Assembly: GCA_035221665.1 (NCBI GenBank)
Contig: CM069149.1
Span: 35,402,001-35,466,000, forward strand
Length of the DNA stretch: 64,000 nucleotides
DNA from: Okamejei kenojei
Taxonomy: Eukaryota
Reading direction: 5' to 3'
Positions 10,753-23,710 of the stretch are shown here, in pieces. The notes under the pieces were generated by a model. It was not told the DNA's origin and did not search any database. It worked only from the letters and a program-made list of their open reading frames with translations. Within the stretch, counting starts at the first letter, position 1, and each line of letters begins with the position of its first letter. Both the position numbers and the translations under genes were made by a program.

Positions 10753-11522
10753 GTAAGAAACGTCATGAAATTTGTACACTTTTACGATATCCCAACTGAT
10801 TTGACCAGCTTCATTCGATTTTACTTCAAGAGGAATTTCTGGCCCTTGAGATTTGGAATTGATGGTAACTTCAGTTAGAAAATTCTAAGGAACTTTCTTG
10901 AATTTGTTCTCGATGGAACTGCCAATCAAAATTTATTTTCTGGCATTTGTCATTTGAATAATTGTTACTAATTAAGGTGAAGTCCAAAGACTTGAGCTCT
11001 GCTCTACTGCTTTTTATAATCACTCCTAATATTGATCCAATCACCAATACTTGGACAACATCGGAATTTTGGAAGGCGAGGACATCTTTTTCAAGTGCTC
11101 ATCATCCTCTTAAAGTTGGAAGTCAGTGATACAATGTAATTCTAATCAATTTACAACCAGGGAATAGTTATGAAGGAAAATGATCTAATGGTAGATCCAG
11201 ACCTGATGTCAAGAAAGATCCTAGTGTTGGAGAACTTTAGGAAGATAGTTTTTAAAGTCAACCAATTCCTCCAGATGTGCATTTGAACTGGAATTACTTT
11301 AGTTTTTAAAGTATAAAGCACACAATTGGCATTCAGATAGGAATTTTAATACTCCCTTCCAGTAATCTCCATGTGTCCAGGCCACATGAGCAACTTGACT
11401 TTGACATTTTTTTTGCTCTATCCTGTACCCCATACCTCTATTTTAAATAAGTTCTGTGTTGTGAAACGTGAGTATGCTCTAAATTGCTTAGTATAGAATC
11501 TTTGACTGCATTATTGGAAGAT

Positions 11523-14139
11523 GCAATTAAGATGGAGATGAAGTCGAAACCTGGCTCGAGTCGAAACACCTGACCCTGATCCATGACGCCAAACTGCCAA
11601 AATCTTTCCACAGTGCCAGATGGAAACGAGGATATAACCCAGACCTTGTTTGTGTGAGCAGTGAACTATCATCCAGAGCTGTGAAAGAGGTCCAGGACCC
11701 TATCCCCCATACGCAACACCGGCCAATCGCCATAACCATCTGCTCCGCCCTCCAAGCAACAACCGTCCCCTTCCGCAGAAGGTTCAATCTGCGGAAGGCC
11801 GACTTGCTGTCATTCCAACAGGAGATCGAAGACTCCATCCCCAGCATTCCATCACACCCCAACAACTATACCATGTTCACAGAACTGCTGAAAAGGTCAG
11901 CCAGGCGACATATACCAAGAGGATGCCAGACCGAGTACATCCCCGGGCTGTCGGAAACATCCAGCGATCTACTGAAAGCCTACCACAGGGCATACCACGA
12001 GGACCCTTTCTCCTCCACCACCATGGAACTCGGAGAGATCCTGTTGAACACAGTCGGGGAGGACCGAAGGCAAGTCTGGAAGGAGTTGATAGAAAACACC
12101 AACATGACCAATAACAGCAGGAAGGCATGGGCCACAATCCGCCACCTCGGTGAAGACCGTACACACCGCCCACGCTCACAACAGTCACAGCAAACTCAGT
12201 TGCAGCACAGCTGGTGGCAAACGGTCGTAGCCAAAACCGGCGCAGACCCACAGGAGAATACCGCCGGACAGCGGTAACAGACCGCCTACAACCAGCCAGC
12301 GCTCTCACCAAGCCCTTCGACCTAGAAGAACTCGAAACTGCAATGAGCATGCTGAAACCTGGGAAAGCAGCAGGAATCGATGATGTACTGACGGAAATGA
12401 TACAGCACCTGGGACCTAAAGCAAAGGCCTGGCTCCTAGCAATGCCGAACTCATGCATGGCACAGAAAACAACCCCACCTGTATGGAGAAAGGCCAAGAC
12501 TGTCGCAATTCCCAAACCTGGAAAGGACCCATCATCCCCAAAGAGCTACAGACCCATTTCCCTCCTCTGCATCACCTACAAGCTCTATGAGAGGCTACTA
12601 CTCCAACGCCTTATGCCACTTATAGACTCCAAGCTTACTGAAGATCAAGCTGGCTTCCGCCCTGGCCGCTCCTGTGCCGGGCAGCTACTGAACCTCACCC
12701 AACATATTGAGGGCGGTTTTGAGTGCAAACTCATCACCGGAGCAGCTTTCATAGACCTCACCGCTGCCTACGACACTGCCCAGCACCGCACCTCACCATG
12801 ATCAGGAAACTTTTTGACATGACTGGTGACCTCGACCTGTGCCAAGTCATCAAAAGCCTTCTCAACAACAGGCGCTTCTTCGTCCAACTAAACGACAAGA
12901 AGAGCAAATGGAAAGCCCAAAAAATGGCCTACCACAAGGCAGCGTACTGGCCCCCCTCCTCTTCAACATCTACACCAACGACCAACCACTTCCCCCACAA
13001 TGCTGCCGCTTCATCTATGCTGCTGACCTCTGCATCACCACCCAACAGGAGAACTTCCAGAAGATCGAGTCTGTCCTGGAAAGCGCCCTCCAAGAGATGA
13101 CAACCTACTACAATAACAACCACCTGAAACCCAACCCATCAAAAACCCAACTATACAGCTTCCACCTTAAAAATCGAGATGCAGGAAAACAACTGAACAT
13201 CTCATGGGATGGCCACAAACTCTCCAACCACCTCCACCCCGTGTATCTTGGAGTCACACTCGACAGGACACTCTCTTTCAAAACCCACCTTCAGAACACC
13301 ACAGCCAAGGTCAACACTCGCAACAACATCCTGTGCAAACTGGTAAACTCAAAGTGGGGCGCTGATCCACCAACCATCCGTGCAACTGCCCTAGCCCTGT
13401 GCTTCTCCACAGCTGAATACGCGTGCTCAAGCTGGAGCCGCTCCCACCACACCAAACTGGTTGACACAGCCCTCAACGACACCTGCCGCATTATCACGGG
13501 ATGCATAAAGACAACGCCAGTCCCGTGCCTCTACGCCCTAGCTGGTATTGCCCCCCCCCCCCCCCCATATCAGACGATCCATCGTCGCACAGGAGATCGA
13601 TACCAGGCACCCCCTGCACGGACACACAGCACCTCCACCCCGACTGAAATCCAGAGCCAGTTTCTTGCAGACAGTCCCACCTCTCCAGACAACCAAAGAA
13701 ACATCAAGGACCAACATCTGGAAAGATGACTGGAACCGGCTCAACACACGAGCCCACGACTGGATGGAGAGAGGAATCACTTCGTCTGAATGCCTCGCCA
13801 GCGGGCACGACCTCCCATGGCCAACCTGGAAGACCCTCAACAGATTACGAGTGGAGCCGGGGAGGTGCAAAGCACTTATGAAAGCATGGAACTACCAGGC
13901 AGAAGACACATGCAGCTGTGGAGCGGTACAGACAATGTCCCATCTACTGGAGTGTGACGATGACCCCCCCCCCCCCCCAATATATTTACAGTGCATGCAA
14001 TTTCCCCCAGGACCTGGCTGAACCGACCCGACCAGCTGTGTGACCTGCACCAGATACTGGCAGAACGACTCACATCATTGTGTGAAAAGTCTTTTCTCAT
14101 CTTCTTAAAGGATTTCCCCCAACGGACTCGAAAAAGAAG
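11523..14139 (+). mobile_element. 5'-truncated, frameshifted Vingi/Ingi-like non-LTR retrotransposon
   Basis: APE remnant (SARWKRGYNPDL, TQHRP), RT motifs (SYRPISLL, QAGFRPG, GLPQGSVLAPLLFNIY, FIYAADL, YLGVTLD), WGA...ALAL...AEY block, C-x-C-x7-H-x3-C finger, no RNase H; 10-bp TSD ATTGGAAGAT at 11513-11522 and 14140-14149. Confidence 0.88.
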
Positions 14140-14393
14140 ATTGGAAGATCCCCTCTCTAATCTCATAGTATCGAGTTCTTATCTTCATAAAGACAAATAT
14201 CAGTCTGGTATCCCCTTATGGCTTGTAGCTACAACTTACGCATTCAGGTTGTCTATCTGAAGTAGAACATGTACTCAAATCCTTGTGACCTAGATCAGCA
14301 AACATGAGCTTCATCAAACCACATACTCTGCTGGTCACCTAAGCTTTTACAAGGGATGCTTGTTTATCCTGTTGGCTCTTGTTTTGTGTATAA

Positions 14394-14754
14394 AGGGCCT
14401 GTCCCTCTGTGCGAGGTAATTCAAGAGTTCTCCTGCGTTTTCCCCTGATTCGAACTCTGAGAATGTCCGTAGGAGTTTGTGGGTGTCTCGTAGCGGCTCG
14501 TACGAGTAAAAAATAAATAATTTTTATCATCACAAGTCGTATTAACTCGTGGACATTTTTCACAGGGTTGAAAAAACGTCACGAGTTTACTGGATTTCCC
14601 GAGTACCTACCATTACTCGTACGAGCCGCTACGGGACATTCACAAACTCCTACAGACCCGCTACGGACATTCTCTGAGTTCGAATCGGGGGGGGGGGGGG
14701 GGGGAAAATCCTCGGGAGAACTCTTGAATTACCTCGTACACTGGGACAGGCCCT
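14394..14754. mobile_element. Harbinger-like MITE with long (about 115 bp) TIRs
   Basis: AGGGCCTGTCCC... / ...GGGACAGGCCCT ends with extended complementary arms; TAA and TTA flanks. Confidence 0.78.
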
Positions 14755-15329
14755 TTAATTATTCTAACTGATCAAAGGCAACCAAACTGTTAATATTACT
14801 GAATATTAAAGACTGCCTGACTGATCAGTATTTAGGGATTTGGTATTTCTAAAAAACAGTTATGTAATATGAATACTGAAGTTTGTGGAAATGCGAAGCT
14901 ACTGATACTGGAATCTTAAGCTGAACCATGTTGGAATAACTCGCAGCATTATTGGAGGGAATGGACAGTCATTTTCAGTCTGGATCTGTCAGACTAATGG
15001 ACAGACAATTAGGATCTGGAACGCTTCAGACCGAAGAATTCTTCACCACAGATGCTGCCTGGCGCACTGAGTTCCTTGAGCTTTTTCTATATAGCATAAA
15101 CTTCCTTTTTTGTAAATCCAGTAGCTAATAATCTGAGCTTGATAGCATCCAAATGCTGTTGGTACTATACCAGACAATATAAATACAAATTAGCTGCTAA
15201 AGTTAAACTTGTCAAGGTGTAAAATTTGGATGAATGCAAATGGAAGATACTTCTACTGTGCTGTCTTGCTCAACCTGCATAATACATGGATGCACTTTAT
15301 TTAACAAGTGTCATGTCTATGCTTTGCAG

Positions 15330-15396
15330 GAATCTGGTTACCAGCAGAACTACAAACGTGGTGCAGGAGTTGGGCCTCGTGGGACAATGAGAGGAG
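15330..15396 (+). CDS. CAPRIN2: Caprin-2 penultimate coding exon (ESGYQQNYKRGAGVGPRGTMRG)
   Basis: ttgcag acceptor, gag|gtaatt donor; 67 nt, phase 0 to 1; YQQN(Y/F)KRG caprin motif. Confidence 0.92.
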
Positions 15397-15755
15397 GTAA
15401 TTATCTAATGACGGCTTTATCTGGGACCACTTAATTCAGAACCACATTTTTAGTACCTTATTGATGTCCGAGATTGACAAATTTGATGTTCCGTTCTTCC
15501 AAAAGGACTTGGAGTTATTGACTTATTCTGTTTTTGAATTTAACACATCCTCATCTCCTTCCTCCATTGTTTTTGTTGGTTAGATGTAGTGCAATTAATC
15601 GTAAGCAAGTGAATACAATATCAAGCATATTGTGAAATGCAAATTACTTGTGGTTCTATGATCTGCAGTGCATCAGAGTTGAGGTGCATTCTTTTAGAAC
15701 TGGCGGAGCAAGCTGTTTGGTCCAAAGATCAAATGGTCCCTCAACACCTCTTAAT

Positions 15756-16045
15756 CCAGAACCAGGGGTCACAGTTTAAGAATAAGTGATAGGCCATTTG
15801 GGACTGAGATGAGGAAAAACTTATTCACCCAGAGAGTTACGAATCTGTGGAAGTGCCTGCCACAGAAGGCAGTGGAGGCTAGTTCACTGGATGTCTTCAA
15901 GAGCGAGTTAGATCCAGCTCTCGGGGCTAAAGAAATCAATGGAAATGGCAGGAACCAGGTACAGAATTTAGATGATCATATTGAATGGTGGTGCTGGCTC
16001 GAAGGGCCGAATGGCCTACTCCTGTACCTATGTTTCAGTTTCTAA
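15756..16045 (+). mobile_element. CR1 LINE 3' fragment
   Basis: MRKNLFTQRVTNLW..LPQKAVEA motif and CR1 tail. Confidence 0.88.
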
Positions 16046-18272
16046 TGGATGTTAATCTTGTTTTTGGATCCTACTTGCACATCCAGCCTACTCTATCTAC
16101 CATAAGGTTGAATATTGTATGCAGAAAATATTATATTTTCATCCATAGTAAGGGATTTCACATGGAATAAATGTGCTTTAGTTTCCTGATATTAAAGTAG
16201 AAATGTTCAGTTTACAAGTTCGCATTATTAAATCATAATGTGGGTCACGCTAGTGAGGTTTTAGTTTAAATGGTAGGTTGATGTGAAATCAATAAGATTT
16301 TAATCTTAATGAGGTTGCATCTGCAGAAATATGATCCATGTGTATATTTTGGATTGGTGTGGAGATAAAATGTTCAAGGTTTGTTGCAAAATAAGTTGGA
16401 TTTCTAGGCATAGCATTGGCTTTTTACTGTTTAAAGTTTGACAATGAGGAGTGATCTTATTGAACTGCAATAACTAAGAGGGAATGATGGGGGTAGATGC
16501 AAGTGGGAGATTTGCAAGCATTGGGCCATACATGACTGGTCCCTTAATACCAAGGAATGTAGAAACTTGATGGGAATCTCTGGAATTCACTGGCAGAATA
16601 GTGTAAGGTAGCACCTTGCATATTTAAAGCAACAGTATATTTTGAGCGAGGGCCATGATGATCTGGCATGCATAAATTAAGGTTGGAGTACATAATCTGT
16701 GATGCTGATTGCCAGGGAGACCTGGGCCAGGCAGCCTACTCCTGCTCCTATTTGTATATTGGATTGATGTTGGCTTTATAATGAAGCAATATTGGAATGT
16801 TTTCAGTTTGGGGCATATCAACGTGCTGTGACTTGACCACCAATACACTGGGTTGGTAGTTTTTGAGTGGTGGAATAACAATGTTGTGTCTATCATCGGT
16901 TGGAGTACATTCTGCAACTTGAGGTCCTTCTCCCACTTTTTCAGTGACATTTATCTTCTCCCTCAAACACAACCCACAAGCACTAGATTAACTCGTTACT
17001 GAATTTGTTTACGTTGCTATAAATGTCAGCTGCTGGCTTTCATTCTGCATTACAAGATACTTTACCAGCAGATGCTAACCTCTATCATCCATCCACAATC
17101 CAATTTCAAATGCAGGTCTAATTGCATTACTAGCACCATGGGATGCGTTTCTCTTCAGGGCCATATCGCTGGAATTGAGCAAGTCAATGCTTGAATGGTT
17201 TCTGCCCCTGCTGCTGCTGCTTTGTAAATTAGTTAAGGTTGACTGCTCCAGTTTTGAGGGAAGATAGTAGTTCATTCAACATGGGGTGGGTGCTGCACAC
17301 CAGCTGACACATGGACTTGACGGGCTTTAGTCTAATGGCAACAGTACTTGGTCATGGTGGGGCACAATACAAAAACAGGCCCACAGAATCGCACTCACCA
17401 CCCAATTTGCATTAATCCTACATAAAATCCAAATTGTCTGCAGCTTGCTGTGGATTCTGCCACATGATCGCATGTCTTTGGGATGTGGGATGCAGTCACA
17501 ATGAGAATGTGTAGACTCCACACAGGCAGCACTTGAGTTTGGAATTGAATTTGAGTCTCTGGCATTGAAGCAATGGCATTACCAATTGTGCCTCTGGGCC
17601 TCTCTTCTAAAGTTCCTGTAGCTTCAAAGCTTGGCCATCTGAGGAATTATTCACTTTTCTCTTGTAAATTGCAGTGTTCATGAATGGCGGAATAGGGGAT
17701 AATACTGTACCTTTCTAGATTATTGCAAATATCCATCTTCCATTACAAAAAAATCCTCTTTAATTTTGCAAACCATGGGTCCATATGATAGTGTTGGGAT
17801 GTAAACTATACTTGCAAAATGTCATTAACTTCCTATCAATACTTGGTGCTGAAGTTTCTGCATCTCCACCTTTGGCTTCCCACCCTGATCCCCAGATCAA
17901 ACACAAAACATACCTTGTACTTGGGATTTGGCAATTCAATCACGTTTGAATCTACAGTTGAAGAATAATGCCTCTTCAGTAAACACTAGTAAGTGGTGGA
18001 TGGAATTTTGTTTGCAACAGTCTGGTGGCTAGAGTTTCTGCAAACATGAGTTGTGTTGAACACTTTAAACTCTTTTCCTTTCATTAGACTGCACCTTCCT
18101 TGAACTTAAAAGTTAAACAACATTTGCATTATAATACCAAAACATTAACGAGATTGTATTAAAGTGCTTGTTAGTTAGATATGAGCTTTCTTTGCAGGAT
18201 GGCAGTGTTCAGGATTTGGATGGAATACTCCTTGCAACACTGATCATAGTTCACGGTTTAAAATATTTTTAT

Positions 18273-18888
18273 TAGAAAATAGGTGCAGGAGGAGGCCATT
18301 CGGATTGAGCAACGGGCCATGCATTGTGATCATGGCTGATCGTCCCCTATCAATAACCCGTGCCTGCCTTTCCCCGTATCCCTTGACTCCATTAGCCCCT
18401 AGAGCTCTAACTCTCTCTTAAATCCATCCAGTGACTTGGCCTCCACTGCCCTCTGTGGCAGGGAATTCCATAAATTCACAACTCTCTGGGTGAAAAAGTT
18501 TTTTTTCTCACCTCAGTCTTAAATGACCCCTTTATTCTAAGACTCTGGCCCCTGGTTCTGGACTTGTCCCACATTGGGAACATTTTTCCTGCATCTAGCT
18601 TGTCCAGTCCTTTTATAATTTTATAAGTTCCTATAAGATCCCCCCCCATCCTTCTAAAATCCAGTGAATACAAGCCTAGTCTTTTCAATCTTTCCTCATA
18701 TGACAGTCCCGCCATCCCAGGGATCAATCTCGTGAACCTACGCTGCACTGCCTCAATCACAAGGATGTCCTTCCTCAAATTAGGAGACCAAAACTGTACA
18801 CAATACTCCAGATGTGGTCTCACCAGAGCCCTATACAACTGCAGAAGAACCTCTTTACTCCTGTACTGAAATCCTCTTGTTATGAACA
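18273..18888 (-). mobile_element. CR1 LINE 3' fragment
   Basis: ORF 18476-18913: LYRALVRPHLEYCVQFWSP...AVQRRFTRLIPGM..LSYEERL, diagnostic of the CR1 ORF2 C-terminus, plus 3'UTR. Confidence 0.93.
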
Positions 18889-20406
18889 CTCTTCTTATTC
18901 TTGAGCTCTCCATTCAACCAACTTCCCTTGCCATGTTTCCAAAACTTTGATTTGCCCTGTCAAGTTGAGTTTATAATGTATCATGAGAATCTTGCAGCAG
19001 CACCACAGGCACAGACTCTGACGACACAGAACATTAAATTATTTTGCATAAAAATCACCAAAGTATTAAAAAAAATATAAGGATGTAGGAAAAAAGACAA
19101 TTGGGGCAAAAGGAGAACTAGAAAGGTCCATGGCAATGCAAGAGATGGTTTGTAATGTTTTGTTGAGGTTGGATTGAGTCGATTTGGTAGTTTTAAGAAA
19201 GTAGCTGGTAATTCCTACCCGAGTATGAACAAGAGGGCGTAGCCTGGATGTTGGTGATAAATGCTGGCTTTTTGAGGCAATATCTCTCATAGATACCATG
19301 TTTTCTCAACAAAGGGATGGGTGCACAATTGTTAAAATCTCTTGGGGATGCACACCTTAATCCAATGTGCTCAGTTAATCGATGAAGATTGCTTCAGAGA
19401 ATTGCATTCTATGTATGAGTACTAGTGAGACGTACTCTATTGATTAAACTCCATGTTCAAAGGGACTGGATTGGAAGAAACTAATTTTGATTATCAAACA
19501 ATGGTTTATGATACTAGGGAGTGTCAACATTTTCCAGAAACACCACTATGAGCGGCTTGATCATAGTTTGTTAAAGTTCATACTTGAGCCTTCATGGTAC
19601 TCTTTCCTCTTTGGAAAGAAATTCGATCTCATTGTTCCAGATATTAAATTTCCTTGACTTGGAAGCAGTGTCCCTTTGCTAGCACTTCAATCAACAGTAC
19701 ATTATCTATGCTGAACATTTAACGGGAGGCTACATTATGTCAATCCGAATAATGCATATCTTTCAACTTTGTGGATACTACTATGAGACCATGGGAGAAT
19801 GTTTGCTGGTGTCTATAAACTGTGTGAAAGTCTTTTACTTTGGTTATAGTTGAAGTGCTTTTGTGCTTCAAGCACAGGTTATGGTTCTCTCAAACTGAAG
19901 GATGTACTGTGTTACAAGTTGCATTTTTTTTCAATCTGGGATGTTCACTTCATGGGCCCTTGGGGCACAGTATCGTCAAACAAAATCAAGTAATGGTTTG
20001 TAACGTCTGATTTCGATTCTAATGCCTACTTTAATTATCCAGATTGATCACGTTTCCATTTTGCTTGGCATCAGCACATCCTTTTTATCCCATGTAACAA
20101 ATCATAAATTTAAATTAAAGTGGTTGGTGCATTTTATGCAAACTGAGTGCTAATCCTCCACCCATAATGCAGATACTTTCTAATTGATGCAATTTTAAAC
20201 TGCGTTTGTAGAATTAAGTGATGAACAAGAATGAGCTATGAAGAACTAAAACTATGTACCGAGTTGTGTTAAATCATTTGTTTCTAAAGCCCACTTAATG
20301 TGTAGTTAAGAAATTCCTGTTAATTGTTTAGATCATGGTAAATGTGGTAACTCTATAAACATAGTGGAAGGTTTCTCAACCCACACAGGTCTTAATTACG
20401 TGACAG

Positions 20407-20975
20407 CTGGTTGGAGCGATTCATCTCAGCTGAGCAGTCCAGAGCGAGACAATGAACATTTCCACAGTGTGGATTCTGGCCTGGGAGACTCTCGAAGCCT
20501 TACTCCAGTGGATATGCCAGTGACCAGCCAAGCTACCACCCTCTTGCCAGTGCACATTTATCCTCTCCCTCAACAGATGAGAGTGGCCTTCTCTACAGCA
20601 AGGACCTCTAACTTTGCCCCTGGATCACTAGACCAGCCCATTATCTTTGATCTACTGCTCAATAACCTCGGAGAAACATTTGACTTCCAGTTGGGGCGAT
20701 TTACTTGTCCTGTGAATGGCACTTACGTCTTCATCTTTCACATGCTGAAGTTGGCTGTGAATGTGCCTCTCTATGTAAATTTGATGAAGAATGACGAAGT
20801 CCTATGCTCTGCTTATGCCAATGATGGTGCCCCCGATCATGAGACTGCCAGCAACCATGCTGTTCTGCAGCTTATCCATGGAGATCAAGTCTGGCTGCGA
20901 TTACATAGAGGTGCCATCTATGGAAGCAGCTGGAAATATTCTACCTTCTCTGGATACCTCTTGTATCAGGACTGA
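20407..20975 (+). CDS. CAPRIN2: Caprin-2 terminal coding exon, C1q globular domain (AGWSDSSQ...STFSGYLLYQD*)
   Basis: ORF 20364-20975 is closely similar to the vertebrate CAPRIN2 C-terminus (RVAFS, DQPIIFDLLLNNLG, GRFTCPVNGTYVF, YSTFSGYLLYQD); phase-1 acceptor ending 20406, with an alternative in-frame acceptor ending 20388. Confidence 0.97.
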
Positions 20976-21264
20976 CATGTGCTCCAATAGCTAAAATGCT
21001 TTGCACTTTGATCACTGTAATTTAAGGTCACAATTTGAAATGAGTTGCCAGGGATGACCTGTTAAAATGTCACGGTGGTTTTCTGGGATTTTGGTTTGCA
21101 CTGACTGGGCACTTTAACCTGTGATGCCTTGCTAGTAGAGCTGCAAATATATTTTGTTACAGAACGTGTCTTGCACTTGTTGGTCAATGACAACTTATGT
21201 GATGTCAAAATGATAAATTTACTTTGCAAGAGATCCTGCTATTTACAATGCCTCATGGTGCCTC

Positions 21265-21270
21265 AATAAA
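21265..21270 (+). terminator. Probable poly(A) signal for the C1q-containing CAPRIN2 mRNA
   Basis: AATAAA about 290 nt after the stop, followed by the GT/T-rich element gttggttggtgttttt at about 21286-21301. Confidence 0.55.
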
Positions 21271-23662
21271 GATATATTCTGCACTGTTGGTTGGTGTTTT
21301 TGAATGGACAGTATTGTTGCTGCACTTTAAGTATAAAGGATTACAAAGTTAAATTATGCACAACTTTCCAAAAACTAGAGCATCACTAAGGTCTGGAGAA
21401 ATATTTTGTTTCAAAGATGTGAACTGCCTTCACTATTTGCCCTTTAGCACATGTATTATTTTAACTTTGCCAATGATTAGCCCATAGAGACAATAGTAGC
21501 TCTTCCCCCTCACTAGTAAAAGGATTTATTTCCAAATACAGTGGGTTTGTTCGTCATTTAAAAAAACCCCTGCAAACTCCGATGCTGCAATTTATTTTAA
21601 ATTGACCAAAGTGCTTTATTTAAATGGACATTTTTTTTCCCTGTAAAATTAGTTTGACTGGCATAAATCCTGCTAGGAACATTTAGTTTCAGTAGTTGAG
21701 GTTTAAATTTGCATTTTAAACATCTCCCTCAGCTCCTACACCTATCTTGCCGACACAGTTATTAATTTTCTGCTAACATTACTGTGCGTCATACAACTAG
21801 AACACCCCAGACCGTGGGTGAGAAAGTGAAAATGCAAGTGACTAAATGCAAAATCCAACTGAATCTATATAATATATATAGAATAGAATCTATATAATAT
21901 ATATATTTTTTTTTAATAGAATAAACCAGTGAAATTTTAAATAAGATTATCAAACTAATTTCCTCTAACATGAGCAATAAGGATCATGGGCAAGTGTCAT
22001 TCAAAGCATACTAAATTTGAAACACTGATTTGCCTTGACATGCAGCTGACGTCATTTTAATGTGCTGCCCATGTTGATAATCCTAAACTTCTGACCAAGT
22101 AATCTTTTTTTTTTTTGAAGGAACAGATGTTTGTTTTAATCACTTGCTCATTGTCTTAGGAATTGGCCTGTGTAAAGCACCAATGGAAATGTCTAATACA
22201 TTTAAGGACATGGAATTCTTCTACAAAATGTCTGGGAATATTTTCCTTACTGACATTAAGGCACCTTCCCTTTTCAATGACCTCCCCACAGATATATAGC
22301 TCTCCTGTGGAGAGGTTCCCCACCCACCCTTATCCTGTCCTCCCTGGAGGTAATTTAATCTAAACAAAATTAAGCCTTGTGTGTGAGTCCTACAGTAGCA
22401 ATCAAATTCCACTTTTAAAATTGATCCCAGACTTGAACATATTTTCTTGCAACTGTTAAAATATACTGAATAAAAATAATCTGCTCTTGAATGCTGAAAT
22501 AAAGAACCTGGGTTGTCTTTTCTAGCAAGATGGTTCAGCTCTAACATACTGTTTAACACCCATTCCATCTGTAAATAACTTGGTGATACAGTCAACACTG
22601 CAAACTGAATTTGGAATTGGTCACTTTGTTTTCTATAAGTTTACTTGCATACATGGAAAGGGTTTGCACTTGCAGAGAAATAAACTCTTCCTGAGAATTA
22701 TTGTTAACGTTTCCCATGATATTTGACGTTAAGATTTTCATACCTTAAGAGGAAACTTATTCATTTTTGCCATCAAAGAAGCTTGGCTTTCATTTGCAGA
22801 AAATAGATTATGATGCCAAACCTGTCACATGTATAAACAGGAAAACACACAGTGCTGGAGTAACTCAGCAGATCAGGCAGCATTTCTGGGGAACATGGAT
22901 AGATCATGTTTCAGTTTGGGACTCGTCTTGTGTCATTTCATATTTTCTGAAGTAATTTTCCACCTACCCCAGTCCCCATTACATATACGGTTCCAAAAGT
23001 AACACTATGGTGCACAGGGTTAAAGATGGTATTGCATACTGATCAAGTATGTGAAAATATTCCAGATAATTTCAAGATACTCATCCAAAGAATTAATGCT
23101 TCAAAGACTGATTTCTGCAGATGACCTTTTTTACAAGTTTCAGATGGAGGAAATATGAATGAGCGCTACAATTAATGATGGTCTTTTCTCAATTTTTTAA
23201 TATCCTTGCCAATCGCATGTCCCAATGACGATCAGTATCTCGCACTTAAACTTCTCTTCCCCCATGGAACATGCATTCAGTGAGACCATTGCCCCATCTC
23301 TTCCAGTTCAGCTACATCCTTAGTTTGAGTTCCCATGATGATTTAATCATTACAAAATATGGCATGAAATGAGCAGCTTTAATTAACCAGCACTCTCGGA
23401 GCTGTTGTGGAAGAATGCCACTCTTTCATGAAGTAGCCTTGTACTGATCAGGTGGAGGCTGCTCTCTGGGATTCTCTTCAAGATATCAAATAATGTAGAG
23501 GATAAATCCAAAATTTGAACATTAATCTGATTTGCAAAGTTCATTTATATATTCTCATGTTATCAGTAGAATTAAAAATATTCCCACAATATATTTCAAA
23601 TATTTTAATGTAACATCAAGTGGGAATCCAAACTGACTCTAGTTATAGGGTGTATACTATTG

Positions 23663-23663
23663 T

Positions 23664-23707
<44 letters not shown>
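23663..23707. repeat. (CT)n(CA)n microsatellite
   Basis: Directly visible. Confidence 0.95.

Positions 23708-23710
<3 letters not shown>

Noticed and set aside
11527-14166. Multiple minus-strand ORFs over the LINE
   Set aside because: Antisense shadows of the GC-rich retrotransposon coding sequence.
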